The translations under genes and the position numbers were made by a program. The notes below the pieces were generated by a model, which was given only the letters and a program-made list of their open reading frames with translations, was not told where the DNA came from and did no database searches. Shown in pieces: positions 39,630 to 48,233 of a DNA stretch of 64,000 nt (within the stretch, counting starts at the first letter, position 1; each line of letters begins with the position of its first letter). This stretch comes from Alphaproteobacteria bacterium (GTDB lineage: Bacteria > Pseudomonadota > Alphaproteobacteria > Caulobacterales > Aquidulcibacteraceae): NCBI GenBank assembly GCA_031398975.1, contig JANNOI010000004.1, positions 7,961-71,960 of the forward strand, given 5' to 3'.

Positions 39630-40049
39630 TTAGGCGCCCAGCGTGTCCAGCGCTTTTTGGAAGCGCCCGGCATGGGACTTTTCGGCCTTGGCCAGGGTCT
39701 CGAACCAATCGGCGATTTCTTCGAACCCTTCTTCCCGAGCGGTGCGCGCCATGCCCGGATACATGTCGGTGTATTCGTGCGTTTCGCCCGCGATCGAGGC
39801 CTTCAGGTTCAGATTGGTGTTGCCGATCGGCTCGCCGGTGGCCGGATCGCCGACATCTTCCATGAATTCGAGGTGGCCGTGGGCGTGGCCGGTTTCGCCT
39901 TCGGCGGTGGACCGGAACACGGCCGCGACGTCATTATAGCCTTCCACGTCCGCCTTTTGGGCGAAGTAGAGATAACGGCGGTTGGCCTGGCTTTCGCCGG
40001 CGAACGCGGCCTTCAGATTTTCGTGGGTTTTCGTTCCCGAGAGCGACAT
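39630..40049 (-). CDS. Rubrerythrin-family diiron protein (ferritin-like domain only, no rubredoxin domain)
   Basis: [25 protein letters not shown]...[13 protein letters not shown]...[13 protein letters not shown]...[11 protein letters not shown], i.e. paired ExxH diiron motifs. Confidence 0.9.
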   Translation of the reverse strand: MSLSGTKTHENLKAAFAGESQANRRYLYFAQKADVEGYNDVAAVFRSTAEGETGHAHGHLEFMEDVGDPATGEPIGNTNLNLKASIAGETHEYTDMYPGMARTAREEGFEEIADWFETLAKAEKSHAGRFQKALDTLGA

Positions 40050-40137
40050 CGCATTCTCCGCTGCAAAACCGGGAGCCGAGGGGCCCGCGGCGTCAACAAC
40101 GCCAAACTAGACCGGAGAACGCGCGTCGGTCAAGCAG

Positions 40138-40154
40138 ATTAGAATTCTTCTAAT
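40138..40154. promoter_or_regulatory. Irr-box / iron control element (ICE)-like perfect palindrome upstream of the rubrerythrin operon
   Basis: ATTAGAA-TTC-TTCTAAT has perfect 7-bp arms and matches the remembered ICE core TTTAGAA-N3-TTCTAAA at 12 of 14 arm positions. It is centred about 97 bp upstream of the rbr ATG and 19 bp downstream of the irr stop, and is strikingly AT-rich for this DNA. Confidence 0.6.
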
Positions 40155-40172
40155 GCAAAATTGAGTGCGGCG

Positions 40173-40610
40173 TCAGCCGGGCTGGGCCGCGCGGAGCCGA
40201 ACGACGACGTCGACCCCCTCCACCGCATAGCCTTCCGGCGGGGCGGGCAGTTCCGACACCGCGACCCCGGCGGCGGGGATATCGATCAGGGCGCCGCTCG
40301 CTTCCACGAAAAAGTGGTGGTGCGCGGTGACATTGGTGTCGAACCAGCGCCGCTCCGAATCGAGGCGAACCTCGCGCAGGAGGCCCGCGTCGCGGAATTG
40401 GTGCAGGGTGTTGTAGACCGTCGCTAGCGAAACGTCCGCGCCATGCGCCACCGCCTCGGCGTAGAACGCCTCGCACGTGACGTGGCGCGGCTCGCCCGCG
40501 AACAATAGCTCCGCAAGCGCGAGGCGCTGGCGCGTGGGCTTCAGCCCGGCCGCGCGCAGCACCTCCAGCATGGGGCCCTTCCCGGCGAATTCAGGCGCAC
40601 TCTGGTCCAT
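40173..40610 (-). CDS. irr: Fur-family iron response regulator Irr
   Basis: Fur-like winged helix (PTRQRLALAELLF...SLATVYNTLHQFRDAGLL) and the Irr-typical HHH motif (TNVTAHHHFFVE). No N-terminal Cys-Pro haem regulatory motif is seen. Confidence 0.75.
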   Translation of the reverse strand: MDQSAPEFAGKGPMLEVLRAAGLKPTRQRLALAELLFAGEPRHVTCEAFYAEAVAHGADVSLATVYNTLHQFRDAGLLREVRLDSERRWFDTNVTAHHHFFVEASGALIDIPAAGVAVSELPAPPEGYAVEGVDVVVRLRAAQPG

Positions 40611-40625
40611 GGGACCGAGTGTAAC

Positions 40626-40640
40626 TTAGGTTCATTCTAA
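40626..40640. promoter_or_regulatory. Degenerate ICE-like site immediately upstream of irr
   Basis: TTAGGT-TCA-TTCTAA (continuing into ..AAA). The right half is perfect and the left half matches at 4 of 6. Lies 16-30 bp upstream of the irr ATG. Confidence 0.3.
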
Positions 40641-40662
40641 AACGCAACCGCTTTGCGCGGCC

Positions 40663-42132
40663 TCACCGCGCGGGCGCGGCGCCCGTCGGGCGCTTGCGCC
40701 GCCGTGGCCGGGCGCCGCGGGCGTCGTCCTGCCGGGGCGGCGCGTTGGACCACACCCGGTGACCCTTGCGATCCAGGAACTCCCCATTCTCGGCCGGCCG
40801 GCGGGCCGCGCCCTCGGGCCGCGGGCCGTCCTGGCGGGCTTGGCCTTCGGGGCGGCGCTGGGGCGCCCTCTCATGCGACCGCTCTGACGAGCGCTCGTAA
40901 GACCGCTCTGGCGACCTTTGGGGACCGGCGGCGCGGCCGGCGCCATTGCTGCGCTTCTGGGCCGGGCGAGGGCCGTGGGCTGCGCGTTCAGAGGGCGTGG
41001 GCAGGGAGAGGGCGTGCTCGCGCACGGGCACCGCCTGCTTCGTCAGCCGTTCGATATCGCGCAGATTGCCCCGCTCGTCCGGCGCGCAGAAGGAGATCGC
41101 CTCCCCGGCCCGGCCGGCGCGCGCGGTGCGCCCGATACGGTGGACATATTGCTCCGGCACGTCCGGCAGGTCGAAATTCACCACATGGCTCACATCGTCC
41201 ACGTCGATCCCGCGGGCGGCGATTTCGGTGGCCACCAGCAGGCGCGCCCGCCCGGTCTTGAACGCCGCGAGCGCGCGTTCGCGCTGGCCCTGGCTTTTGT
41301 TGCCGTGGATGGCGGCGGCGGGGACGCCCGCCCGCTCGAGATGGGTGACCACCCGGTCCGCGCCATGCTTGGTGCGGGTGAAGATCAGCGCCCGCGTGAT
41401 CTCGGCGTCGCGCAACAGATCGACGAGCAGGCCCTGCTTGTCGCCGCCGCTGACGTGGATCACGCTCTGGCTCACCCGCACCGCAGCCGAGGAGACGGGC
41501 GCTGCCGCCACCTCTACGGGATCGGTGAGGAATTGCGCCGCCAGCTCGGCGATCGGGGCGGGCATGGTGGCGGAGAAGAAGAGGCTCTGGCGGCGGTCCG
41601 GCAGCAATTGGGCGATCCGGCGCAGCGCATGGATGAAGCCCAGGTCGAGCATATGGTCGGCCTCGTCCAGCACCAGGGCTTCGACGCCGTCGAGCCGGCA
41701 GGCGCGCTGGCTGATCAGGTCGAGCAGCCGGCCGGGCGTGGCCACGAGCACGTCCACCCCGCGCTCCAGCGCGCGGATCTGCTTGCCGATCGGCACGCCG
41801 CCGAACACGACGGTGCAGGACAAGCCGGTGAAACGGCCATAGGCGCGGAAGGAGTCCGCGATCTGGCCCGCGAGCTCCCGCGTTGGCGCAAGCACCAGCA
41901 CGCGGCAGGCCCGGGCCCCGGCGTGGCGGCGGTTTTCGCCAAGGCGGTGCAGCAGCGGCAGCGCGAACGCGGCGGTCTTGCCGGTGCCGGTCTGCGCGAG
42001 GCCGATCAGGTCTCGCCCTGCGAGCACGGGGGGGATCGCCTTCTCCTGGATGGGCGTCGGGGCGTCATAGCCCTCGGCGGCCAGCGCTTTGAGGATCGGC
42101 GCGGCGAGGCCGAGGTCTTGGAATTGTGTCAA
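40663..42132 (-). CDS. rhlE: DEAD-box ATP-dependent RNA helicase (RhlE-like) with an Arg/Gly/Pro-rich basic tail
   Basis: Q-motif (F.DLGL...PTPIQ), AQTGTGKT, DEAD (VLDEADHM), SAT, HRIGRTARAG. Start is probably TTG 42132 (MTQFQDLGL...) or GTG 42159; the track ORF start at 42576 is junk. Confidence 0.85.
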   Translation of the reverse strand: MTQFQDLGLAAPILKALAAEGYDAPTPIQEKAIPPVLAGRDLIGLAQTGTGKTAAFALPLLHRLGENRRHAGARACRVLVLAPTRELAGQIADSFRAYGRFTGLSCTVVFGGVPIGKQIRALERGVDVLVATPGRLLDLISQRACRLDGVEALVLDEADHMLDLGFIHALRRIAQLLPDRRQSLFFSATMPAPIAELAAQFLTDPVEVAAAPVSSAAVRVSQSVIHVSGGDKQGLLVDLLRDAEITRALIFTRTKHGADRVVTHLERAGVPAAAIHGNKSQGQRERALAAFKTGRARLLVATEIAARGIDVDDVSHVVNFDLPDVPEQYVHRIGRTARAGRAGEAISFCAPDERGNLRDIERLTKQAVPVREHALSLPTPSERAAHGPRPAQKRSNGAGRAAGPQRSPERSYERSSERSHERAPQRRPEGQARQDGPRPEGAARRPAENGEFLDRKGHRVWSNAPPRQDDARGARPRRRKRPTGAAPAR

Positions 42133-42343
42133 GGAATGTTCACTCTCGAGCGGGCGCACGCAAGGGTGCGCCACGGGCGCGAAACGCTGCGACGGCGAAG
42201 AAGGGCGCGGTAAAGCCGCCGAACGTCGATGGTTGCGCTTCGTAAGGACCACGCCCGCCTGGCGGCAATGCTGCGCCTGCGAACGATCGCTGGGCCCGCG
42301 TATCGTCGTATTCGCGCGTAAAGTCAACATCGCAGCCCGGCAC

Positions 42344-42371
42344 GGGCGGCGGGCGGCGGGCGGCGGGCGGG
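42344..42371 (+). repeat. Heptamer tandem repeat (GGGCGGC x about 4) forming a G-quadruplex-type motif
   Basis: gggcggc gggcggc gggcggc gggcggg. Five G3 runs separated by 1-4 nt, lying 30 nt upstream of the DUF488 ATG in the divergent rhlE/DUF488 intergenic region. Confidence 0.7.
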
Positions 42372-42400
42372 CCGCTATAGCGGTCAGGGAGCGGATCGGG

Positions 42401-42856
42401 ATGGCCGGGCGGGCGGTGTTCACCATCGGATATGAGCGCGCGGGCCTCCCCCAGCTCGTGGCCACGCTCGCGGCGGCCGGCGTCGCGCTGGTGATCGACG
42501 TGCGGGAGCTGCCCAATTCGCGCCGCGCGGGCTTCGCCAAGCGCCAGCTCTCCGCGGGGCTGGCGGAGGCGGGCATCGGCTACCAGCACCTGAAGGCGCT
42601 GGGCACCCCCAAAGCGGGGCGGGAGGCCAACAAGGCCGGACGCTGGGCGGCGTTCTGGGAGATCGTGGACGAAGCGCTCGCCCGGCCCGAGGCGATGCTG
42701 GCGTTCGAGCACGCAGCCGCGCTGGCCGCCGCCCAGCCCGTATGCCTCCTATGCCTGGAGCACGATTGGCGCGCCTGCCACCGCGCGCGCCTCGCCGAGC
42801 GGCTGGCCGAGCGCGGCTTCTCGCTGCAGCACCTGGGCGTGGAGGCGACCCCGTAA
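42401..42856 (+). CDS. DUF488 family protein
   Basis: VFTIGYERAGLPQLVATLAAAGVALVIDVRELPNSRRAGFAK...CLLCLEHDWRACHR. Start set at ATG 42401. Confidence 0.7.
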   Translation: MAGRAVFTIGYERAGLPQLVATLAAAGVALVIDVRELPNSRRAGFAKRQLSAGLAEAGIGYQHLKALGTPKAGREANKAGRWAAFWEIVDEALARPEAMLAFEHAAALAAAQPVCLLCLEHDWRACHRARLAERLAERGFSLQHLGVEATP

Positions 42857-42863
42857 GCGGGGC

Positions 42864-43838
42864 TCACCCCTCCGGCTGGTCCTGGAACTGGCCGTGGGGG
42901 CGGAAGCGCCAGAGATAGGAGGGAACCAGCGCCTCGATCGATTCAAGCTCGGTGACGCCCAGATCCTCCAGCACCCCCACGTCCGGACCGGCGGTGACGA
43001 CATTATCCCGCCGCAGCATCTGCACCTGGTCCCCCGTCAAGGGCGGCGCGAACAGCGGCGCCACCCGGGACGCGGCCCCGAACGCGAGGCCCAGCGGCTG
43101 GGCGAGGAAAAACGGCACAGGGATCAGCGCGCGCGGGCGCGCGATCGTGGCGAGCGTGAACTCAAGGAGCTGTTTGAACGAATAGATTTGCGGCCCGCCG
43201 AGCTCGAACACGCGCCCGCGCGCCTCGCGCCGATCGAGCGCGTTGGCGACCGCTTCGGCCACATCGCCGACGAAGACGGGCTGGAACCTTGTTTTGCCGA
43301 AGCCGATCAGCGGCAGGGCCGGCGCGATCGTGGCCATCTGGGCGAAGCGGTTGAAGAAGGAATCCTCGGGCCCGAACACGATCGAGGGACGCAGGATCAC
43401 CGCCGAGGGCAGGCAGGCGCGCACCGCCTCCTCCGCATCGCCTTTCGTGCGGGCGTAGCGGGCCTTGGCCTTGGGGTCTGCGCCGATGGCCGAAACCTGG
43501 ACGAACCGGTCGATCTCGCGCTTGTCGGCGGCGGCGGCGATCGCGGCGGCGGCCTCGGCGTGGATGTCGAAAAAGCTTTGCTTGCCGTGCTCGTGCAGGA
43601 TGCCGACGAGATTGACCACGCCGTCGGCGCCGTCGAGCGCGCGCTCGATGCTTTCGGGGAAGCGGACATTGGCCTGGATCAGCTGGATCTGGCCCACGTC
43701 CCCCAGGATGCGCAATTCGTAGCCCAGATGCGGCTGGCGCAGCGCGACGCGCACCCGCTTGCCGCGCTTGGCCAGCGCCCGCACGACGTGGCGGCCCACA
43801 AAGCCCGACCCGCCGAACACGGTGATGAGGTCGCTCAT
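42864..43838 (-). CDS. Complex I NDUFA9-subunit-family / NAD-dependent epimerase-like SDR
   Basis: ITVFGGSGFVGRHVVRAL Rossmann motif. Overall length and pattern fit the alphaproteobacterial NDUFA9-like proteins. Confidence 0.75.
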   Translation of the reverse strand: MSDLITVFGGSGFVGRHVVRALAKRGKRVRVALRQPHLGYELRILGDVGQIQLIQANVRFPESIERALDGADGVVNLVGILHEHGKQSFFDIHAEAAAAIAAAADKREIDRFVQVSAIGADPKAKARYARTKGDAEEAVRACLPSAVILRPSIVFGPEDSFFNRFAQMATIAPALPLIGFGKTRFQPVFVGDVAEAVANALDRREARGRVFELGGPQIYSFKQLLEFTLATIARPRALIPVPFFLAQPLGLAFGAASRVAPLFAPPLTGDQVQMLRRDNVVTAGPDVGVLEDLGVTELESIEALVPSYLWRFRPHGQFQDQPEG

Positions 43839-43874
43839 GCCATCCTGCTCCGATCGCCCGCCCCGTACGCCGCG

Positions 43875-44684
43875 CTAGAACGCCGTCGGGAAGCCTCCCC
43901 CGTCCGTCTCGCGCACCGACAAGAAGGACACCTCGTTCTCATAGAGGCACGCCGCGCTTAAGATTCCGGAGAAATACGCGCCCGTATCCACCCCCACGCG
44001 CCGCGTGTCCAGATAGGGCTCCGGCGCGGGCGTATGGCCATGGACGATCTTGTGGCTGAACGGCTTCGTTGATTCCAGGAACTTTTTGCGCGCCCAGAGC
44101 AGGTGCTCCTCCTTCTGCTCCTCCAGCGTGCGCGAGGCGTCCACGCCCGCACGGACGAACACATAATCGCCCAGGACGATAAACAGCTCGAGCGCCTCGA
44201 AAAACGCCTTGTGCGCCGGCGGGAGCCGCTCGCGCAGCGCCCGGCCCACGTCGTAGAGCGCATCGGGACCCGCAAGGCCCATCGAGGCGGGCACGCCATA
44301 GGAGGCGAGCGTCTGGACCCCGCCATGCAGCAGCCACTCCGCCCCGGCGACGGGATTGTCCAGGAAGCGCAGCAGCGAGCGCTCGTGATTGCCCATCAGG
44401 AAGCGGTACTCGTACCCATCAGGGGGGTTGAGCAGCAGCTCGATCACGGTCCGGCTGTCAGGGCCGCGATCGATGTAATCGCCCAGGAAAATCACCACAG
44501 GGCGCTGGCGCCTCACCTGGCTGCCGCCCTTTTCGAGCACATCGAACAGCTTGCCCAGCAGCCGCGCGCAGCCATGTATGTCGCCCACGGCGATGCCCAT
44601 GCGCCCGGCCGGAAAATAGGCGGGCTCCAGGTGCGAGCCGCCGAACACGCGCGGCAGGCGCGAAGAGGAAGTGCCCGCAAACAT
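43875..44684 (-). CDS. PPP-family metallophosphoesterase (PrpA/ApaH-like Ser/Thr phosphatase)
   Basis: GDIHG, GDYIDRG, GNHE, and HGH near the C-terminus. Confidence 0.8.
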   Translation of the reverse strand: MFAGTSSSRLPRVFGGSHLEPAYFPAGRMGIAVGDIHGCARLLGKLFDVLEKGGSQVRRQRPVVIFLGDYIDRGPDSRTVIELLLNPPDGYEYRFLMGNHERSLLRFLDNPVAGAEWLLHGGVQTLASYGVPASMGLAGPDALYDVGRALRERLPPAHKAFFEALELFIVLGDYVFVRAGVDASRTLEEQKEEHLLWARKKFLESTKPFSHKIVHGHTPAPEPYLDTRRVGVDTGAYFSGILSAACLYENEVSFLSVRETDGGGFPTAF

Positions 44685-44824
44685 TTGAGGTCCCCAGTCC
44701 CTGCCCTTACTCTACGATCTAATCCTCCCACCGCCTTTTCAAGGCCTGGGCCAAAAAGGCTTTCGGGAGAAACGTTGCGGCCTTTGCCGTTTTACCTGCG
44801 CGCTCAAGGTCGTGGGGCAGGCGG

Positions 44825-46090
44825 TCAGGGATTTGAGGGGACGGGGGCGGCCTGCAGCCTTGCGGTGCGCCAGCGCGCCGTCTGGCGCCAGATGAAGAGC
44901 GCAAAGACCGCCTCCCCGACCAGCACCCCGACCACCGACAGGAGCGGCCCGCCCGCGCCCAGCAGCACGATCACCGCGGCGAGCGCGATCCCGGAGGCGT
45001 AGACGCTGGCCATGGAAAGCGCGCGGAACTCCCCGGCGGCCTGCAACAGCGCGCTCTCCGGCGTCCGCAGCACCCGCACGCCCGCAATGGCGAACCAGAG
45101 CGCCGCCCCGATCGCCAGCGCCTCCAAGGCGTAGGCCTCCGGGAAAACCAGGCGCGGAAAGAAGCCCAGCAGGAATGCCGCCGCGGCCGCATTCAGCGCC
45201 AGCGCCACGAGCAGCGCCGCGCGGAACAGCGAAAGCGAGGGCGTGCGCCCCGCTTGGCCCGGCTGGGCCAGGGCCCGCGCCATCTGCGCGCGCTCGAACT
45301 CGGTCAACGCGTTCATGGCCACGGTGATGGGACGCGCGAGCAGCGCGCTCGCCGCGACCAGCGCGAAAGCCGCAGGGCCCGCCGCCAGCGTCACCACATA
45401 GGCATGGGCGTTGCCGGTGGCCTCGGTGGTCACCACGCCCAGGAGCGACCATTGCGAATGCCGGCGCCACACCGCGCGATAGCCCGCAATGTCGGCGGCG
45501 CCGTTCAGACGCGCCTGACGTCTTGCATACTCAAATCCGAACGGCGCGAAGGACAAGATCGTAGCCGCAAGGAGCCAAGCGAACGCCCCGACGAGGGAGG
45601 CGCTCCCCGAAAGCCAGACGCAGACAATGCCCACAAACAGCACGCCGCTATAAGTCAGGTCCGACGCGACGGTGCGCCATTGCGCGCCTACCGCGTACGC
45701 ATAGGCGCGCGCAAACCAGCGCAGCAGGAACATGCCGCCATAGAGCGCGAACAAAAGGCTGGCCTCCGGCGCCACCCCGACGCCGGCTCCCACCAGCGCA
45801 AGAACGCCCAAGACGAGACCCGCAAGATACACATTGCCCGCAAACAGCGGCCGCACCGCCCCGTCCGTGTCGCGCCCCTGTTCGGCCAGCAGCGCCGGCA
45901 GCGGCGCGCACAACAAGGCGCTCGACAAGCCGATGCTGAATTGGGACGCGACCATGAGGAAGGTGAAGCCGCCGAACTCCGCCGCCGAGACGCCGTGCAG
46001 GAGCTGCAGCGAAAGGACAAATTGGCAACCAGCCGTCGAGACCGGGCCGAAGATCGCCATCGCGTAAGGCAAATTCGGACGAAAGCGCAT
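44825..46090 (-). CDS. Polytopic membrane protein, probable Wzx-like oligosaccharide flippase (MOP superfamily)
   Basis: 421 aa with about 12 hydrophobic helices, at the edge of the EPS locus. The family assignment rests on topology and context only. Confidence 0.45.
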   Translation of the reverse strand: MRFRPNLPYAMAIFGPVSTAGCQFVLSLQLLHGVSAAEFGGFTFLMVASQFSIGLSSALLCAPLPALLAEQGRDTDGAVRPLFAGNVYLAGLVLGVLALVGAGVGVAPEASLLFALYGGMFLLRWFARAYAYAVGAQWRTVASDLTYSGVLFVGIVCVWLSGSASLVGAFAWLLAATILSFAPFGFEYARRQARLNGAADIAGYRAVWRRHSQWSLLGVVTTEATGNAHAYVVTLAAGPAAFALVAASALLARPITVAMNALTEFERAQMARALAQPGQAGRTPSLSLFRAALLVALALNAAAAAFLLGFFPRLVFPEAYALEALAIGAALWFAIAGVRVLRTPESALLQAAGEFRALSMASVYASGIALAAVIVLLGAGGPLLSVVGVLVGEAVFALFIWRQTARWRTARLQAAPVPSNP

Positions 46091-46224
46091 GCCTGCCTGC
46101 TCCCGGGCTGTCCCGCAGACGTTGAATTCCAGACAGGTTTGACGCGCCGCGCGCGCGCGCGTCGTTTCTGCCTTGACGGCCTTAGCCCGATCCTTTCTAT
46201 CGCTGAAGGCCGGGTTGGGTTGTG

Positions 46225-46255
46225 TTCTAGAGGCGGGGTTCCTGTCAGTCTAGAA
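46225..46255. promoter_or_regulatory. Inverted repeat TTCTAGA-N17-TCTAGAA in a divergent EPS promoter region
   Basis: Two CTAG-containing palindromes, otherwise rare in this GC-rich DNA, lie 50-80 bp upstream of the GT26 gene start. Confidence 0.3.
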
Positions 46256-46307
46256 TGCGGCGGGTTTGATATGGGCCGGTGTGTGGGTGGCGTCGGACTG
46301 CTCTTTC

Positions 46308-47102
46308 ATGAGAAAGTCTTCCGTATACAGCCTTGAGGACGCGCCGCCTTCCCGGGCGGGCCTTGGCGCGCCGCTCTCCACGCGGCCCTCCGTGCGCCTT
46401 CGCGCCCTCGCGGAGGCGATCAGGCCTGTCGCGTCGGAGGCTAAAGAGGCGCTGATCGCCGATCTTCTTTCGTTCGATCGCCCGAAAGTGCTTTCCTTTT
46501 TCAATGCGCACGCGCTGAACCTCTGTTGGAGCTCTCCGGAGGCCTACGCGCATTTTTCCGCCAGCGACGTGTTGCTGCGGGACGGGATCGGCGCCCGGAT
46601 CCTGCTGGGGCTGCTGGGACGCGACGCGGGGGACAATCTGAACGGCACCGACTTCATCCCCGCTCTGCTCGACCGCGCGCTCGGGCGCCGGCTTGCGGTG
46701 TGGGGGGGCGAAGAGGCGTTCGTGACGGAGGCGGCGCGCAAACTCGCCCTGAAGGGGCATGCGATCGTGTCCGTGCATCACGGCTTCGCCGCGCCAGGTT
46801 TCTATGCATCGCTGTTTCAACAGGAAAAGCCCGACCTCGTGCTCTTGGGCATGGGGATGCCGCGGCAGGAGAGCCTGGCCGTCAGCCTGCGCGCGCTTGG
46901 AGAGCGGCCGTGTCTGATCATCAATGGCGGCGCGGTGGTGGACTTCATGGCCGGCAAGTTTCCCCGCGCGCCGCGCGCGATGCGCCGCCTCGGGCTTGAG
47001 TGGCTGTTCCGGCTGGGCGTGGAGCCCCAGCGCCTGTTTCGCCGCTACGTGCTGGGCAATGTTTTGTTTTTGTACCGTGTGGCGCGTGTGACGCTGGCCT
47101 AG
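46308..47102 (+). CDS. WecB/TagA/CpsF family glycosyltransferase (GT26)
   Basis: FFNAHALNL, GTDFIPALL, LGMGMPRQE, EWLFRLGVEPQRLFRRY. Start is ATG 46308; the track start is a TTG at 46266. Confidence 0.85.
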   Translation: MRKSSVYSLEDAPPSRAGLGAPLSTRPSVRLRALAEAIRPVASEAKEALIADLLSFDRPKVLSFFNAHALNLCWSSPEAYAHFSASDVLLRDGIGARILLGLLGRDAGDNLNGTDFIPALLDRALGRRLAVWGGEEAFVTEAARKLALKGHAIVSVHHGFAAPGFYASLFQQEKPDLVLLGMGMPRQESLAVSLRALGERPCLIINGGAVVDFMAGKFPRAPRAMRRLGLEWLFRLGVEPQRLFRRYVLGNVLFLYRVARVTLA

Positions 47103-47111
47103 GCCGAAGGC

Positions 47112-48230
47112 TTGGAGCCGCGGGATTTTAGGGAGGCTTCTCGTTCCGTGTACGCATCGCCCGCCTCCGCCCGCCCCGTCGACCACGAGCAAGGGGAAGC
47201 GATCCGGCTGACGATCGGGATCAAGGCGCTGAACGAGGAGGCCCATATCAGCGACGCTCTGGCGAGCGCAGTCGCCGCCGCGCGCCCGTTCAACGGCGAA
47301 GTCATCCTGGCCGACAGCGGCTCGACCGACCGCACCCTCGAGATCGCGCGCGCCTTTCCGGTCCGGATCGTCCAACTCGAAGACTGGTCGCAGCGCTGTT
47401 GCGGGGCGGGCGCGCAACTTGCCTTCCAACAGGCGCGCGGCGCCTATTTCTATCTGCTCGACGGGGACATGATCCTCGATCCTGACTTCCTGCCCGAAGC
47501 GATCGCCCATCTCGACGCCCACCCCGAACGCGCCGGAGTCGGCGGGCTGGTGCGGGAAGTCAACACGATGGCGCTGGAGTTCCAGATCCGCGCGAAGAAG
47601 GCTTCAAGCCACCGCCACTGGCTGCCCGGCCTTGTCGACCGGCTCGATTGCGGGGGCCTCTATCGCGCCTCGGCCATCCGGGAGGCCGGGTATTTCGCGG
47701 ACTTGAATCTGCGCGCTTTCGAGGAGTTTGACTTGGCCGCGAGGCTGCGGAGCCGCGGCTGGACGCTGGCGCGCATCGACAAGCCCGCGATCGACCATTT
47801 CGGCCACCAGACTGAGGGCTACCGGCTGCTGTTCCGGCGGATCAAGTCCGGCTATCTGAGTGCGCACGGGCAGGTGCTGCGCGCTGCGATCGGCAAGGCG
47901 CATCTGCCGATTGTGTTGGCCGATCTGTCTCATATCCGCGTCGGGCTCATGGTCGCGGCGTGGTGGGGGGCGCTGCTGGCCGGCGCGTTGGCGCCGCTGC
48001 CGGGGGAAGTGCGCCTGCTGACGGTGCTGGCTCTGATCGGGGGGCCCTTGGCGCTGCTGTGCGTGCGCCGCCGCTCGCTGAAGCTCGGGCTCTTTTCCTT
48101 TGTCTCCTGGAATGCGAACGCTGTCGGGCTCGCGACGGGGTTCTTCCGCAGACGGCAGGATCCGCACCGCGGCGTCGCGGCGCGGGAGCTGCAGAGCCCG
48201 CCCGTGGCGGTGGAGGCGGCGCTCCCCTAA
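47112..48230 (+). CDS. Glycosyltransferase family 2 with C-terminal TM segments
   Basis: IGIKALNEE, ADSGSTDRT and LDGDM (DxD) motifs. The start is uncertain (TTG 47112 or GTG 47148). Confidence 0.8.
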   Translation: MEPRDFREASRSVYASPASARPVDHEQGEAIRLTIGIKALNEEAHISDALASAVAAARPFNGEVILADSGSTDRTLEIARAFPVRIVQLEDWSQRCCGAGAQLAFQQARGAYFYLLDGDMILDPDFLPEAIAHLDAHPERAGVGGLVREVNTMALEFQIRAKKASSHRHWLPGLVDRLDCGGLYRASAIREAGYFADLNLRAFEEFDLAARLRSRGWTLARIDKPAIDHFGHQTEGYRLLFRRIKSGYLSAHGQVLRAAIGKAHLPIVLADLSHIRVGLMVAAWWGALLAGALAPLPGEVRLLTVLALIGGPLALLCVRRRSLKLGLFSFVSWNANAVGLATGFFRRRQDPHRGVAARELQSPPVAVEAALP

Positions 48231-48233
48231 GAC

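Noticed and set aside
44725-44760. Hairpin GCCTTTT...AAAAGGC between the flippase and phosphatase genes
   Set aside because: The 7-bp A/T-rich stem has no U-tract in the minus (transcribed) direction and is not convincing as a terminator.
46245-47522. 425-aa ORF antisense to the GT26/GT2 genes
   Set aside because: Shadow ORF with no motifs. The plus strand carries the WecB/TagA and GT2 signatures.
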